DNA of 64,000 bases from positions 9,975 through 73,974 of the forward strand of contig CBFIJH010000010.1 in NCBI GenBank assembly GCA_965662895.1, in the 5' to 3' direction. Under the pieces are notes generated by a model. It was given only the letters and a program-made list of their open reading frames with translations, was not told where the DNA came from and ran no database searches. The DNA comes from Candidatus Poseidoniaceae archaeon (lineage in GTDB: Archaea > Thermoplasmatota > Poseidoniia > Poseidoniales > Poseidoniaceae). Each line of letters opens with the position of its first letter. The first letter of the stretch is position 1. The position numbers and the translations under genes were made by a program. Shown in pieces: positions 9,500-19,377 of this stretch.

Positions 9500-10111
9500 T
9501 CACCTCGCATGTCCTGGGGGCATCGACGGTTCATCTGGCCCTTCAGGATGTGGATTTGGATGCGGGTCAGTTGCAGGCGCAGGTGCAGGCGCATCACCAC
9601 GTTTGATTTCTGCTGCTGCTTCAATCGAATCGAGAATCTGTTGATATCCCGTGCAACGGCAAAGATTTCCTTCGATAGCACATGCGATTTCTTCTCGGGT
9701 TGGATTTTCATTTTCATTGAGAAGCGCCTCAGCGCTCATGAGGAATCCGGGAGTGCAAAATCCACATTGTGAACCACCATGTGTTGCAAAACAGGTCTGG
9801 ATTGGAGCAAGATGGGCGCCGTCGGCAAGACCTTCAACAGTTGTAATTGCTTGCCCTTCGACTTGACCAGCAAGGCAAAGACACGACAGTCTCGGTTCAC
9901 CATCAATCATCACTGCACAACAGCCACAGGTGCCCAAATCACAACCGCGTTTGACACCAAGCATTCCGACTTCGTCTCGCAACACATCAAGAAGAATTGC
10001 ATTTGTTGGTGCAATGGCTTGGACCTCTTGACCGTTCACGACTGCAGACCATATGGACTTTGGAGCGGAAGGGATCATTGTGACGTGTTCTTTTCCAACC
10101 ATACAACGCAC
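9500..10111 (-). CDS. 2x[2Fe-2S] small subunit (HcrC/CoxS type)
   Basis: GCDLGTCGCCAV...SC and QCGFCTPG...GNLCRCTGY; true start may be ATG 10078 or 10102. Confidence 0.92.
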   Translation of the reverse strand: MRCMVGKEHVTMIPSAPKSIWSAVVNGQEVQAIAPTNAILLDVLRDEVGMLGVKRGCDLGTCGCCAVMIDGEPRLSCLCLAGQVEGQAITTVEGLADGAHLAPIQTCFATHGGSQCGFCTPGFLMSAEALLNENENPTREEIACAIEGNLCRCTGYQQILDSIEAAAEIKRGDAPAPAPATDPHPNPHPEGPDEPSMPPGHAR

Positions 10112-10168
10112 CTGTGTTAACCTTGAGAACTCCGTCTATGAATGTAAGGATTCACTCCACTGCAACGA

Positions 10169-12172
10169 TTATGCCTTTTCATCCCAGAATGGATTCTCTG
10201 ACAGGTCTGAATCAACAGCATCAACAATTTGCGCATCAAGATAGGACTTGAGGCCTTTACCAGCGAGGCTGCCTTCTTCGCGTGATGAAATGGTCGAAAC
10301 CAAAAGAAGAACGACGAGGAAGAGGAGAATTCCAGCAACAGAAAAACCGACGATGGCGCCTGTGGAGAATCCGTCTTCTGACGCAGGCATCACCGGGCTC
10401 GTATCGTCACTCATCACCATGATTTCTGCAGTTACAAGTGGTGATGCTGAGGTTGTGCCATCTTGGTACTGGACGCCGCGCAGTGAAATCGTATGGTTGC
10501 CCATGATGGCAATGCCGGGCAAATGCTCGATTTGGTGAATGATGTCAATGATCGACAACTCACCTGTCGGCGATCCTGGTTCGTAGGTGTGAATGTTTGA
10601 CCAATCATCGCGAAGATGATTGCTTCTCCATTGCACTGTTTCCATGTCCTCACTCACCTCAAAAGAGATGCTATCTCCACGCTCAAGATGGATTCGGTTG
10701 TCAAGCGTTGTCGGCGTTGAAATCGTTACACTAAGGTTCGAATTGAACACATAATCACGTTCTGCAGCTTCAAGAAGCGCGTCAAGTGCACGAACTTCTC
10801 CGTGTCCGTATACGTTGTTTTGTCGATTCTTTGGAATCAAATCTTCAGCACAAGGCTCGTTGGCAGCCATGTAGTGACATTGGCGGTATGTCGCTGTTTC
10901 TTGCATAATATTGCGAATGTCAAATGGCGAGAGGTCTGGATTTGCTTGCAACATGAGCGCAGCTACGCCAGCAGCCCCGGGTGTTGCCATGCTGGTACCA
11001 CTGAATGCGACATAACCATCACCGGTATTGTGGGCCACTGACATGACGTCTGAGCCTACATAGGCGATGTTTGGTTTAATTCGACCTTCTTCTGTTGGAC
11101 CTTGACTGCTGTAAATGGCAATGCTTGAGTCTTTGTCCAAAGCTCCGACTGTGATGGCATCTTCTGCGCTTCCGGGAGTACCGATTTGAGCAGAGAAAGC
11201 GCTGTTTCCTGCTGCAATGAAGAGCGCGATGCCGGCGCGAACCATCTCGTTTGCATAACGGTTCACGCTGTCCTCTTCAGAAGATGTCCATTCGATTGCA
11301 CCGGGGCCTCCAAGGCTCATTGATGCAGCGCGAATGTTGAATTCGTATCGCTTCTCAACGGTCCATTCCATTCCGGCCATGACAGTGGCAAACGAACCGC
11401 TTCCACCAGAATCGAGGACCTTAACACCAACCAACGAGGCTTGTGGAGCCATGCCAGGATGTTCGTAAGTTGGTGCACCAGTTCCTGCAGTCGTTCCAGC
11501 ACAGTGCGAACCATGGCCTTGGTCATCGTAAGGGTACACCTCGGTACCGTTGGTCAGGCTAGGATTGTTGACTGGATCGTAGAAGGCGATGACTTTCGGA
11601 TCGTATGTGGCAGGATCATCATCTTGGTCGTCAAGACTGGAATGATTGCCATCGATTCCTGTGTCGATAATCGCTACTGTCGTTCCAGAACCGTCGTATC
11701 CTGTTTGAGCCCATGCGGTATCAACTCCATGAAGCACAGCAGCATCACCGTTTGCAACCGTCAAAATTCCATCAAGTTCGAGCATAACAACCCCAGGTAA
11801 CTGAGAAGTTTCGAGAACATTGCCTACCGGAACACGACCTGCAAGGGCATCAATTCCCTCAAGCGTCCATTGGTGTCGATAGTCAACATGTTCTTGCAGC
11901 ATTGCAATCTCTGCATCACCAGGCGTAAACGAGAAATCGATGATGAGTGGAAGCGTCTTTTCATCATCGAGGAAGAGTGGATTCTTTTGGTGCACCTCGA
12001 TCATGTCACCGATTCCGTTTCCGTCTCGGTCGACGGTCGTCTCTACCCACCAGCCTTCTTCTTCCGATTCTTCAGGGGTTGCAACAGGTACTGTGGCCAA
12101 AACTGTCGGAAGTACAAACATGGCCAGACAGAGAATTGGTAACGTCAAACGTGGCATCTTCATACGGCTCAT
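10169..12172 (-). CDS. Secreted S8 (subtilisin-like) serine peptidase with C-terminal TM anchor
   Basis: Catalytic triad IIDTGID / GHGSHCAGT / SGTSMATP; oxyanion AAGNS; signal peptide and C-terminal TM. Confidence 0.93.
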   Translation of the reverse strand: MSRMKMPRLTLPILCLAMFVLPTVLATVPVATPEESEEEGWWVETTVDRDGNGIGDMIEVHQKNPLFLDDEKTLPLIIDFSFTPGDAEIAMLQEHVDYRHQWTLEGIDALAGRVPVGNVLETSQLPGVVMLELDGILTVANGDAAVLHGVDTAWAQTGYDGSGTTVAIIDTGIDGNHSSLDDQDDDPATYDPKVIAFYDPVNNPSLTNGTEVYPYDDQGHGSHCAGTTAGTGAPTYEHPGMAPQASLVGVKVLDSGGSGSFATVMAGMEWTVEKRYEFNIRAASMSLGGPGAIEWTSSEEDSVNRYANEMVRAGIALFIAAGNSAFSAQIGTPGSAEDAITVGALDKDSSIAIYSSQGPTEEGRIKPNIAYVGSDVMSVAHNTGDGYVAFSGTSMATPGAAGVAALMLQANPDLSPFDIRNIMQETATYRQCHYMAANEPCAEDLIPKNRQNNVYGHGEVRALDALLEAAERDYVFNSNLSVTISTPTTLDNRIHLERGDSISFEVSEDMETVQWRSNHLRDDWSNIHTYEPGSPTGELSIIDIIHQIEHLPGIAIMGNHTISLRGVQYQDGTTSASPLVTAEIMVMSDDTSPVMPASEDGFSTGAIVGFSVAGILLFLVVLLLVSTISSREEGSLAGKGLKSYLDAQIVDAVDSDLSENPFWDEKA

Positions 12173-12277
12173 GTTTAGGCCAAGAATTCCTAAGGTTTGA
12201 ACTCTTTCAATCCGAGTGTTAAAAATTCAATCTGAAATGCTACTTGGGGTATTAATGCTGGGTGTTGTTTTATATCC

Positions 12278-15200
12278 TTGACCTCGGATGTCTTGCCGAT
12301 TCAAATGCCGGCACCACAGAGGAAACCCCAGCAAATGGTCTCAATAGCAAACGACGCTATTTTTGCCAGTGAAGAGGAAGAAATACCGTTCAAGCCCGTC
12401 ATCGTCCGGGCTCCAGGCGATACGAAAGGCGATTCACTCGAACGATTTACTGAAATCATCATGTTTGGCGTTGCAATGCTTGCAATATGGACAGGACTTT
12501 TGGGAATCGCATTCAGTGAGAATGTGGGTGAAGAAAAATTCATGATTCTCTTCATTGGAGGTTTTGCCTCCTCCGCTATTGCTCTGTTTATGGTCGAGTT
12601 GCAAGCAAAGAAGAACGAGTATCGACTCATGATTTCTCAAAATTATCTCTTGGGTGTTTCGTTCTTCTTTATGGCAGTTGGAACACTTTGGGGCCTTCGA
12701 TTCTTGGGAGGATATTTTACCCTACAAGGGTTTGAATTCGATGGAAGTGAATTTACCTTCCTCGGTGATGTTGGTTTCGATGATGCAGAAAACGAGATGT
12801 TCCTTGCCGGCCCGAATATGATTTACGTTCAGGCACTGGGAGCTGCGGCGATGTGGTTCGTGCATCGACGAATCCTTGATCGATACAAAGGTGACACGTC
12901 TTTTGGTTGGGCAGTGGCAAGTTACATCCCACTCGGATTGTTGCTCGTTGGTGTTGGCACTTGGATTGATTGGGCCAATAACGAAGTTTCCTACCCGCTT
13001 GGGATATCGATTGTCGGTTTGTGCGGTCTTGCGATGTACAGCGCATTGATGTCGAATAAATCCATCAATTTCGCAGTCGTTAGCGTCGTTTCAGGATTTA
13101 TTCCCATCCTCTATGAAATCCTCAACGAAAACGCACCTCCTGGCGGCGAAGGTGGCGCAGTTTCGCTGCTTGTTTTCATTATCATCATTCAAGGATATCT
13201 TGCAGGAAATGAACGTTTGAAGCAAACACTGGCTGAGAAAATGTCCTTCTTCATGATTGGAGCTGTTGTCATTGCAATGCTCATCGCGAGCATTCAAAAT
13301 TGGAATCTTATCCTTGGCCCATTCAAACCAAACGAACTTGGAAGCGATGGTTTGGCGTCGTTGGTCACCCTCCCGGTTGCGCTTTGGATTACCGTCTTGT
13401 GCGCCTATTTCCCCGCAACGCACAGAAACAGGGTTCCTGCAATGCCAATTGGACTGGCGTTCTCGTTGTGGACACTCAATGGCGATGAAGCAATTCTTCC
13501 TTGGGTCATCTCCATGGTTATGATATCGTACATGCTCTTTTTTGCCGAAGCAACCCGAAAATGGGTTGCAAACTTTACCATGTCTGCTCTGGCCTTCTCT
13601 TACCTTTTCAGCGACCAGATCGGATACGGTGTTGACCAAGTCGAGATGGATGCTGCGATTGCAATAGGCATCGTCATTATCGCCGAAACGGCTCGGCGAC
13701 TCGAAAAAGTATCAATTTGGAGCAGTGTACAAACCGTCACATTCATCGCACTCAGCAGCACAATTCTCGATTCGCCGTATTGGTTTGTTACCTGGCTGTT
13801 CGTGATTTACCTTCTCGGCATGGTCTACGAGTCAATGCTCAGGGCTCGAAAAGGAGACGATATGGAAAAGCGTAATGCCACGCTTGCACTTCTCACGTCC
13901 CTGATTGTAAGCTCAGGACTGTTGTTGGCCAAGAAACTCGAAATTCCAGATGCGTACCAAATTGCTGGATTGAATGGCCTCTCTCTGGAATACCTGGTCC
14001 TCGGCGTGATTGTATATGCAATCTTCAACACTGTTCGCGATGTCGAAGTCGACATCGGTCGATTGTTATCGCTTCTTGAAACGAAGGCTTCAGGAGCATA
14101 CACCTACGATTCTGAGACAAATGCATGGTACATCAAAGAGAAGCACGTCAAAGAAAAGGATGAAGTGGCAGCGACTGAAGAGGGTTCATTCGGATCGATT
14201 GGCCGTATTTCACTTGCATTTTCGCTGTTGGCAGTAACAATTGGTATCAGCACACTCGATTCCTCCTTGCTGGAAGGTGACACATTCTATCTCGTCGGGT
14301 TGTACATTATACCAATCGGTATCCTGTTTTGGGAAATCAATTCGATGGACGTCCTTTCCTCGCAAAGCCGGATGGTCGGGGCGTTTATGTTGCTCATTGT
14401 TGCTGCCTCATCGATGCCAATGATGCTCCAAGTTGATCCCTCAGATGGGTTGTTTCGGGCAGGTATTTTGTATGACCTCATTTTCTTGTCAGCCCCGATT
14501 GGAGCCTTCGTCCTGATCAACAAACGAGGACTTGACAGAGATCATCTCAGCCGCCCCGCCGATCAGGTCATGCTTTGCGTCCTTTTGGTCATCGGAATGA
14601 TGGACCAATCCGGCGGTTTACTCTTCCTCAGCATGTACGGTCTTGTTGCCTTAGTGGCGCTCCAATACCGACATCATGGCGTGACGATGCTGGCACCAAT
14701 AGCGACCATCTCGATGCATTGGCTAGGAGACCACGGCCTCGTATATTCTTTCTTGGATTCGTTCATTTTCTCAAATCCGGATCACATTTCAGAGATTCGA
14801 GTCCTTTGGTTTACGCGTGTTACTGGGATGCTTGTTGCTGCACACATGTTGATGCCAATGGCATGGAGCATTCTTGACCTTCAAAAGGACGAATATGTGG
14901 AAAACCCATTCCCTTGGTTCTTACCCATGGTCTGGTTCTTGTTTGCAGTGTGGGCTGTTCTCCCAACTGCATCATGGTTGCCTCTCGTCGCATGTATCTT
15001 TGGCCTCCTGAACTCTTGGGTTCGTGGCGACATTAATCTTGTACCACTGCTGTCAGTTGGAATCATTTTCTCGTTCATGATTGGATTTACAGATGGAGGA
15101 TACTTCACTGGAGAAATCTTTGGCTATTCCATGCTCTTCTCTGGCATCATCATTTACCTGCTTTGGTTCGCGAATTCCCGTGGAATAATGGAAATGAACG

Positions 15201-16306
15201 TCGTTGACAAAGCTCGATTGGATGCACTCATGCCTTACTCTCTCGATACGCAATTGCGTTTCCTTACGATTGCCACGCTTCTCCTTTCTTTCGATGTCGT
15301 CAACGGCATGGGTATGCTGGCAGGAAGCGGCTGGGCAACGTATGAAGCCATTCAGAAAGGCGACAAGATATCCATTCTCTTCCTACCACTCATCGACGGT
15401 CTGACAGCTGCGAATCTGATCAATCAGTTTGAAATCGGCTCCGAGTCGATGCAGAGTTTCCTCATCGGTGGAATCTTCTTCATTGAAGGTGCTGTCATGA
15501 TCTATCTCTCTTCGAGAACTGACAGCATCTATGATTCAGAGATCTTCGAATGGAAGGACGATGATGAATTCTTCAACTTCATTGAGTACATGGGATTCTC
15601 GGGCGTTGCGTCGGCATTGACGGGTGTCATTTACGCCTTTGGAGAGGACCAAACAAACCTTGCATTCTTCCTTACAGCATTGATTCTTACAGGACTCGCC
15701 ATCACTGGTTTTGATAAATCACAAGCAGAAGTACGCTGGCGTCGAGGACTCGGCGTGTTTGGTTCAGTCCTCACATTGTTCATGCTGTTTTTGAGATTGG
15801 ATGAGAACTCCGATGATGTATTGTTCAAGTACCTCACACTTGTTATCATCGGCTTGCTTGCGCTTGGATATGGTTTCCTTTACATGCAGCGAAGGTCAAC
15901 TTACGACGTGCGAGATGTTGCCATTCCACAAGTCTTTGGTAATGTTGTTCCGAAAGCTCAACGCCAATCCTCTCCAAAACAGTCGAAAGATGAGGAAGAA
16001 GAGGTTGTTGAAGAGGAAGAAGAGGTTGTTGAAGAAGAAAACAACATGACTGTTGAAGAAAAGGAAATCCTCGAATTGGATGAAGCATTCGAAGACGAAT
16101 TGGATGAAATTATCGAGCCAATTGGTAATGCAACCACGGAAAACATTGGTTACATCGAGACCATGGAAGGATTCGATGTCCGTCTACCAAAGGAATCGAT
16201 CGAACAAATCACTCGAACCATTGCAATGACACCTCATGAAGGGTTCAAACCGGTTGTTCGAGTCAACATGCTCGGACAAATCGTTCTCGACTTTGAACCA
16301 ATTTGA
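12278..16306 (+). CDS. Very large polytopic membrane protein of unknown function (1342 aa)
   Basis: Dozens of consecutive hydrophobic segments; acidic linker then a small soluble C-terminal domain; start uncertain (TTG 12278 or a later ATG). Confidence 0.8.
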   Translation: MTSDVLPIQMPAPQRKPQQMVSIANDAIFASEEEEIPFKPVIVRAPGDTKGDSLERFTEIIMFGVAMLAIWTGLLGIAFSENVGEEKFMILFIGGFASSAIALFMVELQAKKNEYRLMISQNYLLGVSFFFMAVGTLWGLRFLGGYFTLQGFEFDGSEFTFLGDVGFDDAENEMFLAGPNMIYVQALGAAAMWFVHRRILDRYKGDTSFGWAVASYIPLGLLLVGVGTWIDWANNEVSYPLGISIVGLCGLAMYSALMSNKSINFAVVSVVSGFIPILYEILNENAPPGGEGGAVSLLVFIIIIQGYLAGNERLKQTLAEKMSFFMIGAVVIAMLIASIQNWNLILGPFKPNELGSDGLASLVTLPVALWITVLCAYFPATHRNRVPAMPIGLAFSLWTLNGDEAILPWVISMVMISYMLFFAEATRKWVANFTMSALAFSYLFSDQIGYGVDQVEMDAAIAIGIVIIAETARRLEKVSIWSSVQTVTFIALSSTILDSPYWFVTWLFVIYLLGMVYESMLRARKGDDMEKRNATLALLTSLIVSSGLLLAKKLEIPDAYQIAGLNGLSLEYLVLGVIVYAIFNTVRDVEVDIGRLLSLLETKASGAYTYDSETNAWYIKEKHVKEKDEVAATEEGSFGSIGRISLAFSLLAVTIGISTLDSSLLEGDTFYLVGLYIIPIGILFWEINSMDVLSSQSRMVGAFMLLIVAASSMPMMLQVDPSDGLFRAGILYDLIFLSAPIGAFVLINKRGLDRDHLSRPADQVMLCVLLVIGMMDQSGGLLFLSMYGLVALVALQYRHHGVTMLAPIATISMHWLGDHGLVYSFLDSFIFSNPDHISEIRVLWFTRVTGMLVAAHMLMPMAWSILDLQKDEYVENPFPWFLPMVWFLFAVWAVLPTASWLPLVACIFGLLNSWVRGDINLVPLLSVGIIFSFMIGFTDGGYFTGEIFGYSMLFSGIIIYLLWFANSRGIMEMNVVDKARLDALMPYSLDTQLRFLTIATLLLSFDVVNGMGMLAGSGWATYEAIQKGDKISILFLPLIDGLTAANLINQFEIGSESMQSFLIGGIFFIEGAVMIYLSSRTDSIYDSEIFEWKDDDEFFNFIEYMGFSGVASALTGVIYAFGEDQTNLAFFLTALILTGLAITGFDKSQAEVRWRRGLGVFGSVLTLFMLFLRLDENSDDVLFKYLTLVIIGLLALGYGFLYMQRRSTYDVRDVAIPQVFGNVVPKAQRQSSPKQSKDEEEEVVEEEEEVVEEENNMTVEEKEILELDEAFEDELDEIIEPIGNATTENIGYIETMEGFDVRLPKESIEQITRTIAMTPHEGFKPVVRVNMLGQIVLDFEPI

Positions 16307-17683
16307 TTATTCATCCTTGAAGATTGCAATGCGATCTGAGACAAGAGTCTCAACGGTTGCAGTAGGGTAGAGACCCCAGTAGGCTTCACGGGCTTCTTGA
16401 TTGATGTTCATGCAAAGAACAACATCACCGGGCCGGTCATCCATCGCTTGTGTTCCGTTAAGATGCATGAGCATTGGTTCAATGTTGGACATGTTGACAA
16501 CACCCCAACCCACCTGAGTGCATGGAGCAACAGGTGAAACTGGCGTGGTTCCAGACAGGGGATCCCACGTTGCAAACGAAGGATACCATGCAGACAAATT
16601 CAATGCATTACGAACCTCTGCGTTTCGAATGGTGAAGGATTCACCATCACTCGTCGTTCCGTTAACGAGATAACCGCCTCGTTCTGTCGAAGCACCAGAA
16701 CTGACATCATTGAATTCTTCTCGAAGTTCTTGAAGAATGAAGGAGAGAATACCAGCGGTTCGAGGCGTTGCAAAGGACGTCCCTGACGTCTCGTGGTAAC
16801 CGTCTGTATCGTCATGATTTGGCAACACTTGTGTCCAATCGGCTGCAATATCTGGATAGGAACCACTCATGGTCTCTTTCTGGTCGTCGCCTTCCTCAGC
16901 GTATCCTGCAATACCAATGGACCATGGTGGACCCGCAGTTGCATCTTGAACGGCCGGTGAAGGTGTGTTATCAGCGGCACCAGTGTGAATCTTGTTGTTG
17001 CCCACAACTGCTTCGTATGTCCCTGTCTCAATTCCTGGTACTGGAAGCGAACCAATCGCACCAAACGACGTGGAAATGATGTCAACAAGGGGTTGATTCG
17101 AAGCGGCCAGAACGGCTTCGGTTGAGAAACCTTCAACAAAGAAAATGACTGCATCTGGGTTTGCGTCCAAAACTGCACCCGTAACCGCCGTTCCGTGTCC
17201 ATCTGAAGGGTCGTCAAGAATGTGGATATCCGTGCCTCCATCAGGCGATGTTCCAATGATTTTCGTTCCGTAAAAGTACACAATATCGGATGTCGTGATG
17301 TTATCCCAACAGTATTCTTTATCGGCTTGATATCGCTCTTCCCATGAACCTTCGAGCGTGATGTAGCACGTTTTGGTCACACCAAGCGATTCAAGCAACC
17401 AGTTTGGATAGACCTCGTCGGTACGGAAATGATCGTGATAAACGTTGATACCCGTATCAACAGGTGCTACAACAGAGTAGTGCCTCCAATCCGTATCTAA
17501 GTTAGCCTCTCCACTTCTGCTTTGGGTTTCATCCGCATCATCCCATGTCATTTGCCAGTAAACCAATGAGCCCGCAAGACCGAGAAGAATGACAACGAGT
17601 AACGTACGTATTTTAGCAAAGAAAACCCAGAAGTCAAACACTTCAACACCGACATCAAGTAGGACATCAGCAGCATCGACCAT
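16307..17683 (-). CDS. Membrane-anchored S8-family serine peptidase (divergent)
   Basis: APVDTGIN / GHGTAVTG / SGTSFATP triad; N-terminal TM. Confidence 0.85.
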   Translation of the reverse strand: MVDAADVLLDVGVEVFDFWVFFAKIRTLLVVILLGLAGSLVYWQMTWDDADETQSRSGEANLDTDWRHYSVVAPVDTGINVYHDHFRTDEVYPNWLLESLGVTKTCYITLEGSWEERYQADKEYCWDNITTSDIVYFYGTKIIGTSPDGGTDIHILDDPSDGHGTAVTGAVLDANPDAVIFFVEGFSTEAVLAASNQPLVDIISTSFGAIGSLPVPGIETGTYEAVVGNNKIHTGAADNTPSPAVQDATAGPPWSIGIAGYAEEGDDQKETMSGSYPDIAADWTQVLPNHDDTDGYHETSGTSFATPRTAGILSFILQELREEFNDVSSGASTERGGYLVNGTTSDGESFTIRNAEVRNALNLSAWYPSFATWDPLSGTTPVSPVAPCTQVGWGVVNMSNIEPMLMHLNGTQAMDDRPGDVVLCMNINQEAREAYWGLYPTATVETLVSDRIAIFKDE

Positions 17684-17753
17684 GCCAAAGCCTGTGACAT
17701 CACCATCAAGAAGCCTACGCCGACTTCAAGAACCGAATTCTCTTCGCAAAAGC

Positions 17754-18302
17754 ATGGACGACCCCAACAAACGAATGGTATGGATTGACCTTGAAATGAC
17801 TGGTTTGGATTTGGAACGTGAAAGCATTATTGAAATTGCGACAATCATTACCGATTCTGAACTCAACATCATTGTAGAAGGACCAAATCTTGCGATTTCA
17901 GTGTCTGAGGAACTCATTGAAGGGATGGATGAGTGGAATACGCGACATCATTTTGGAAGTGGATTAATCGATCGAGTTCGGAACAATTCCGTCAGTTTGG
18001 AAGAGGCTGAGCGCCAAACACTTGAGTTCATCCAGCAATATGTTCCAAGAAGAACCGCACCACTTTGTGGCAACTCAGTATGGAACGACCGCCAATTTCT
18101 CGCTAAAGAGATGCCCAAGGTAGCGGATTACTTGCATTATCGCATGGTTGATGTCTCAACCATCAAGGAACTGGCTCGACGTTGGTATCCAGAGCTACCC
18201 AAGTTTGAGAAAAAAGGGGCGCATCTTGCTCTCGATGATATCCGAGAATCTGTGTTTGAACTCGTTCACTTCCGAGAACATCTGTTCATCGACCGTCCGT
18301 GA
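17754..18302 (+). CDS. orn: Oligoribonuclease (bacterial/Rexo2-type DEDDh)
   Basis: MVWIDLEMTGL, MDEWNTRHH, PLCGNSV, HYRMVDVSTIKELARRW, HLALDDIRES; start reassigned to MDDPNKR. Confidence 0.95.
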   Translation: MDDPNKRMVWIDLEMTGLDLERESIIEIATIITDSELNIIVEGPNLAISVSEELIEGMDEWNTRHHFGSGLIDRVRNNSVSLEEAERQTLEFIQQYVPRRTAPLCGNSVWNDRQFLAKEMPKVADYLHYRMVDVSTIKELARRWYPELPKFEKKGAHLALDDIRESVFELVHFREHLFIDRP

Positions 18303-19368
18303 CGAAATCTCTCCACCGACGCATGTAGTCAATAAACGTCGGGCTCAAATCGGCTTGTTGCAATTCCTTTGGCGTGAATGGTGGTCGAGAAGGACTGTAT
18401 GTTGGATTGCTGACCATGGAAGCCCAATCCGGATGAGGCAGTGCAACTCGAGCAACGCCGACTGCTTGAGCCCCTTGATCGAGTACGAACTGAGCATCTT
18501 CAGCAGTCCATACTGAACCCGTCGATACGATCGGAATGGATTCGGAATAGATGGAACAAAGTTCCTTCGTAATGGTTTGATTGTTGTCTTGTTTCTCAAA
18601 GACATCCCAGCACGAGATGTGGAGTGCATCGATCTTCTCCTTGATGAGCAGATCAATGACCTGCTTCGTATCTTCCATGGTGATTCCTATTTCATCGGAA
18701 ACTGGTGAAAGACGAACCATGATGGCAAATTCATCCCTAACAACATCCCGAATACCGCGAATAATGCGAAGAAGAAAGGTGCAACGTTGTTCAACATCGC
18801 CTCCAAATGCATCTTGGCGTCGATTGGTCTTTGAACCAAGGAATTGAGCGATAAGGTATCCATGAGCACCATGAAGTTCGACGCCATCAAATCCTGCTTC
18901 TTCACAACGTTTTGCTGCCTGGACAAAGGCGTTGATTGTCTCCTCAACCTCGCTCAATTCAAGGCTTCTCGAAAACCCCTCATGCTCAGAAATAAAATTC
19001 TCACTTGCGGAACAGGCTCGATGCCCAGTTATCGATGAAGGGGCACGCATTCCACCATGGAAGACTTGAACGAACGATTTGCATGGATGTTCTTTCAACT
19101 GAGATGCAAGTAGAGTCAACCTTGGAAGATGGTGGTCGCTCCACACTCCGAACTCCCCTTCCCATCCTTGACCTGATTCTTGGACGTGCGATGCCGCCGT
19201 TGTAATGATGCCAAATCCTCCCTCAGCACGGCGTGTGAGGAAACGGATTTCTTCGTTTGAAAGTGTTCCATCAGCATGACTTTGTTTGTTGGTCATCGCA
19301 GCAAGAACACTACGATTAGGAATCATCAAACCGTTTCGCAGTTTCCATGATTCGTCCATTGCAACCAT
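18286..19368 (-). CDS. NADH:flavin oxidoreductase (Old Yellow Enzyme family)
   Basis: NRSVLAAMT, AGFDGVELHGAHGYLIAQF, NRRQDAFGG. Confidence 0.92.
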   Translation of the reverse strand: MVAMDESWKLRNGLMIPNRSVLAAMTNKQSHADGTLSNEEIRFLTRRAEGGFGIITTAASHVQESGQGWEGEFGVWSDHHLPRLTLLASQLKEHPCKSFVQVFHGGMRAPSSITGHRACSASENFISEHEGFSRSLELSEVEETINAFVQAAKRCEEAGFDGVELHGAHGYLIAQFLGSKTNRRQDAFGGDVEQRCTFLLRIIRGIRDVVRDEFAIMVRLSPVSDEIGITMEDTKQVIDLLIKEKIDALHISCWDVFEKQDNNQTITKELCSIYSESIPIVSTGSVWTAEDAQFVLDQGAQAVGVARVALPHPDWASMVSNPTYSPSRPPFTPKELQQADLSPTFIDYMRRWRDFVTDGR

Positions 19369-19377
19369 ACAATGACC

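Noticed and set aside
9496-9717. N-terminal 74 aa of the 1008-aa ORF in the track
   Set aside because: It overlaps the FeS-subunit gene in another frame; the SD and ATG at 9495 give the real start. Similar over-extensions were trimmed for orn, mocA, moeB, trxB, ribB, the ABC permease and ATPase, 55787-56692 and the cyclophilin.
5714-10111. Aerobic CO dehydrogenase (coxSLM) or xanthine dehydrogenase
   Set aside because: The active-site loop is GAMRGHG, not AYxCSFR/AYRGAGR (CODH) or AFRGFG (XDH), and the FAD subunit has the Hcr/Pao-type Cys insertion.
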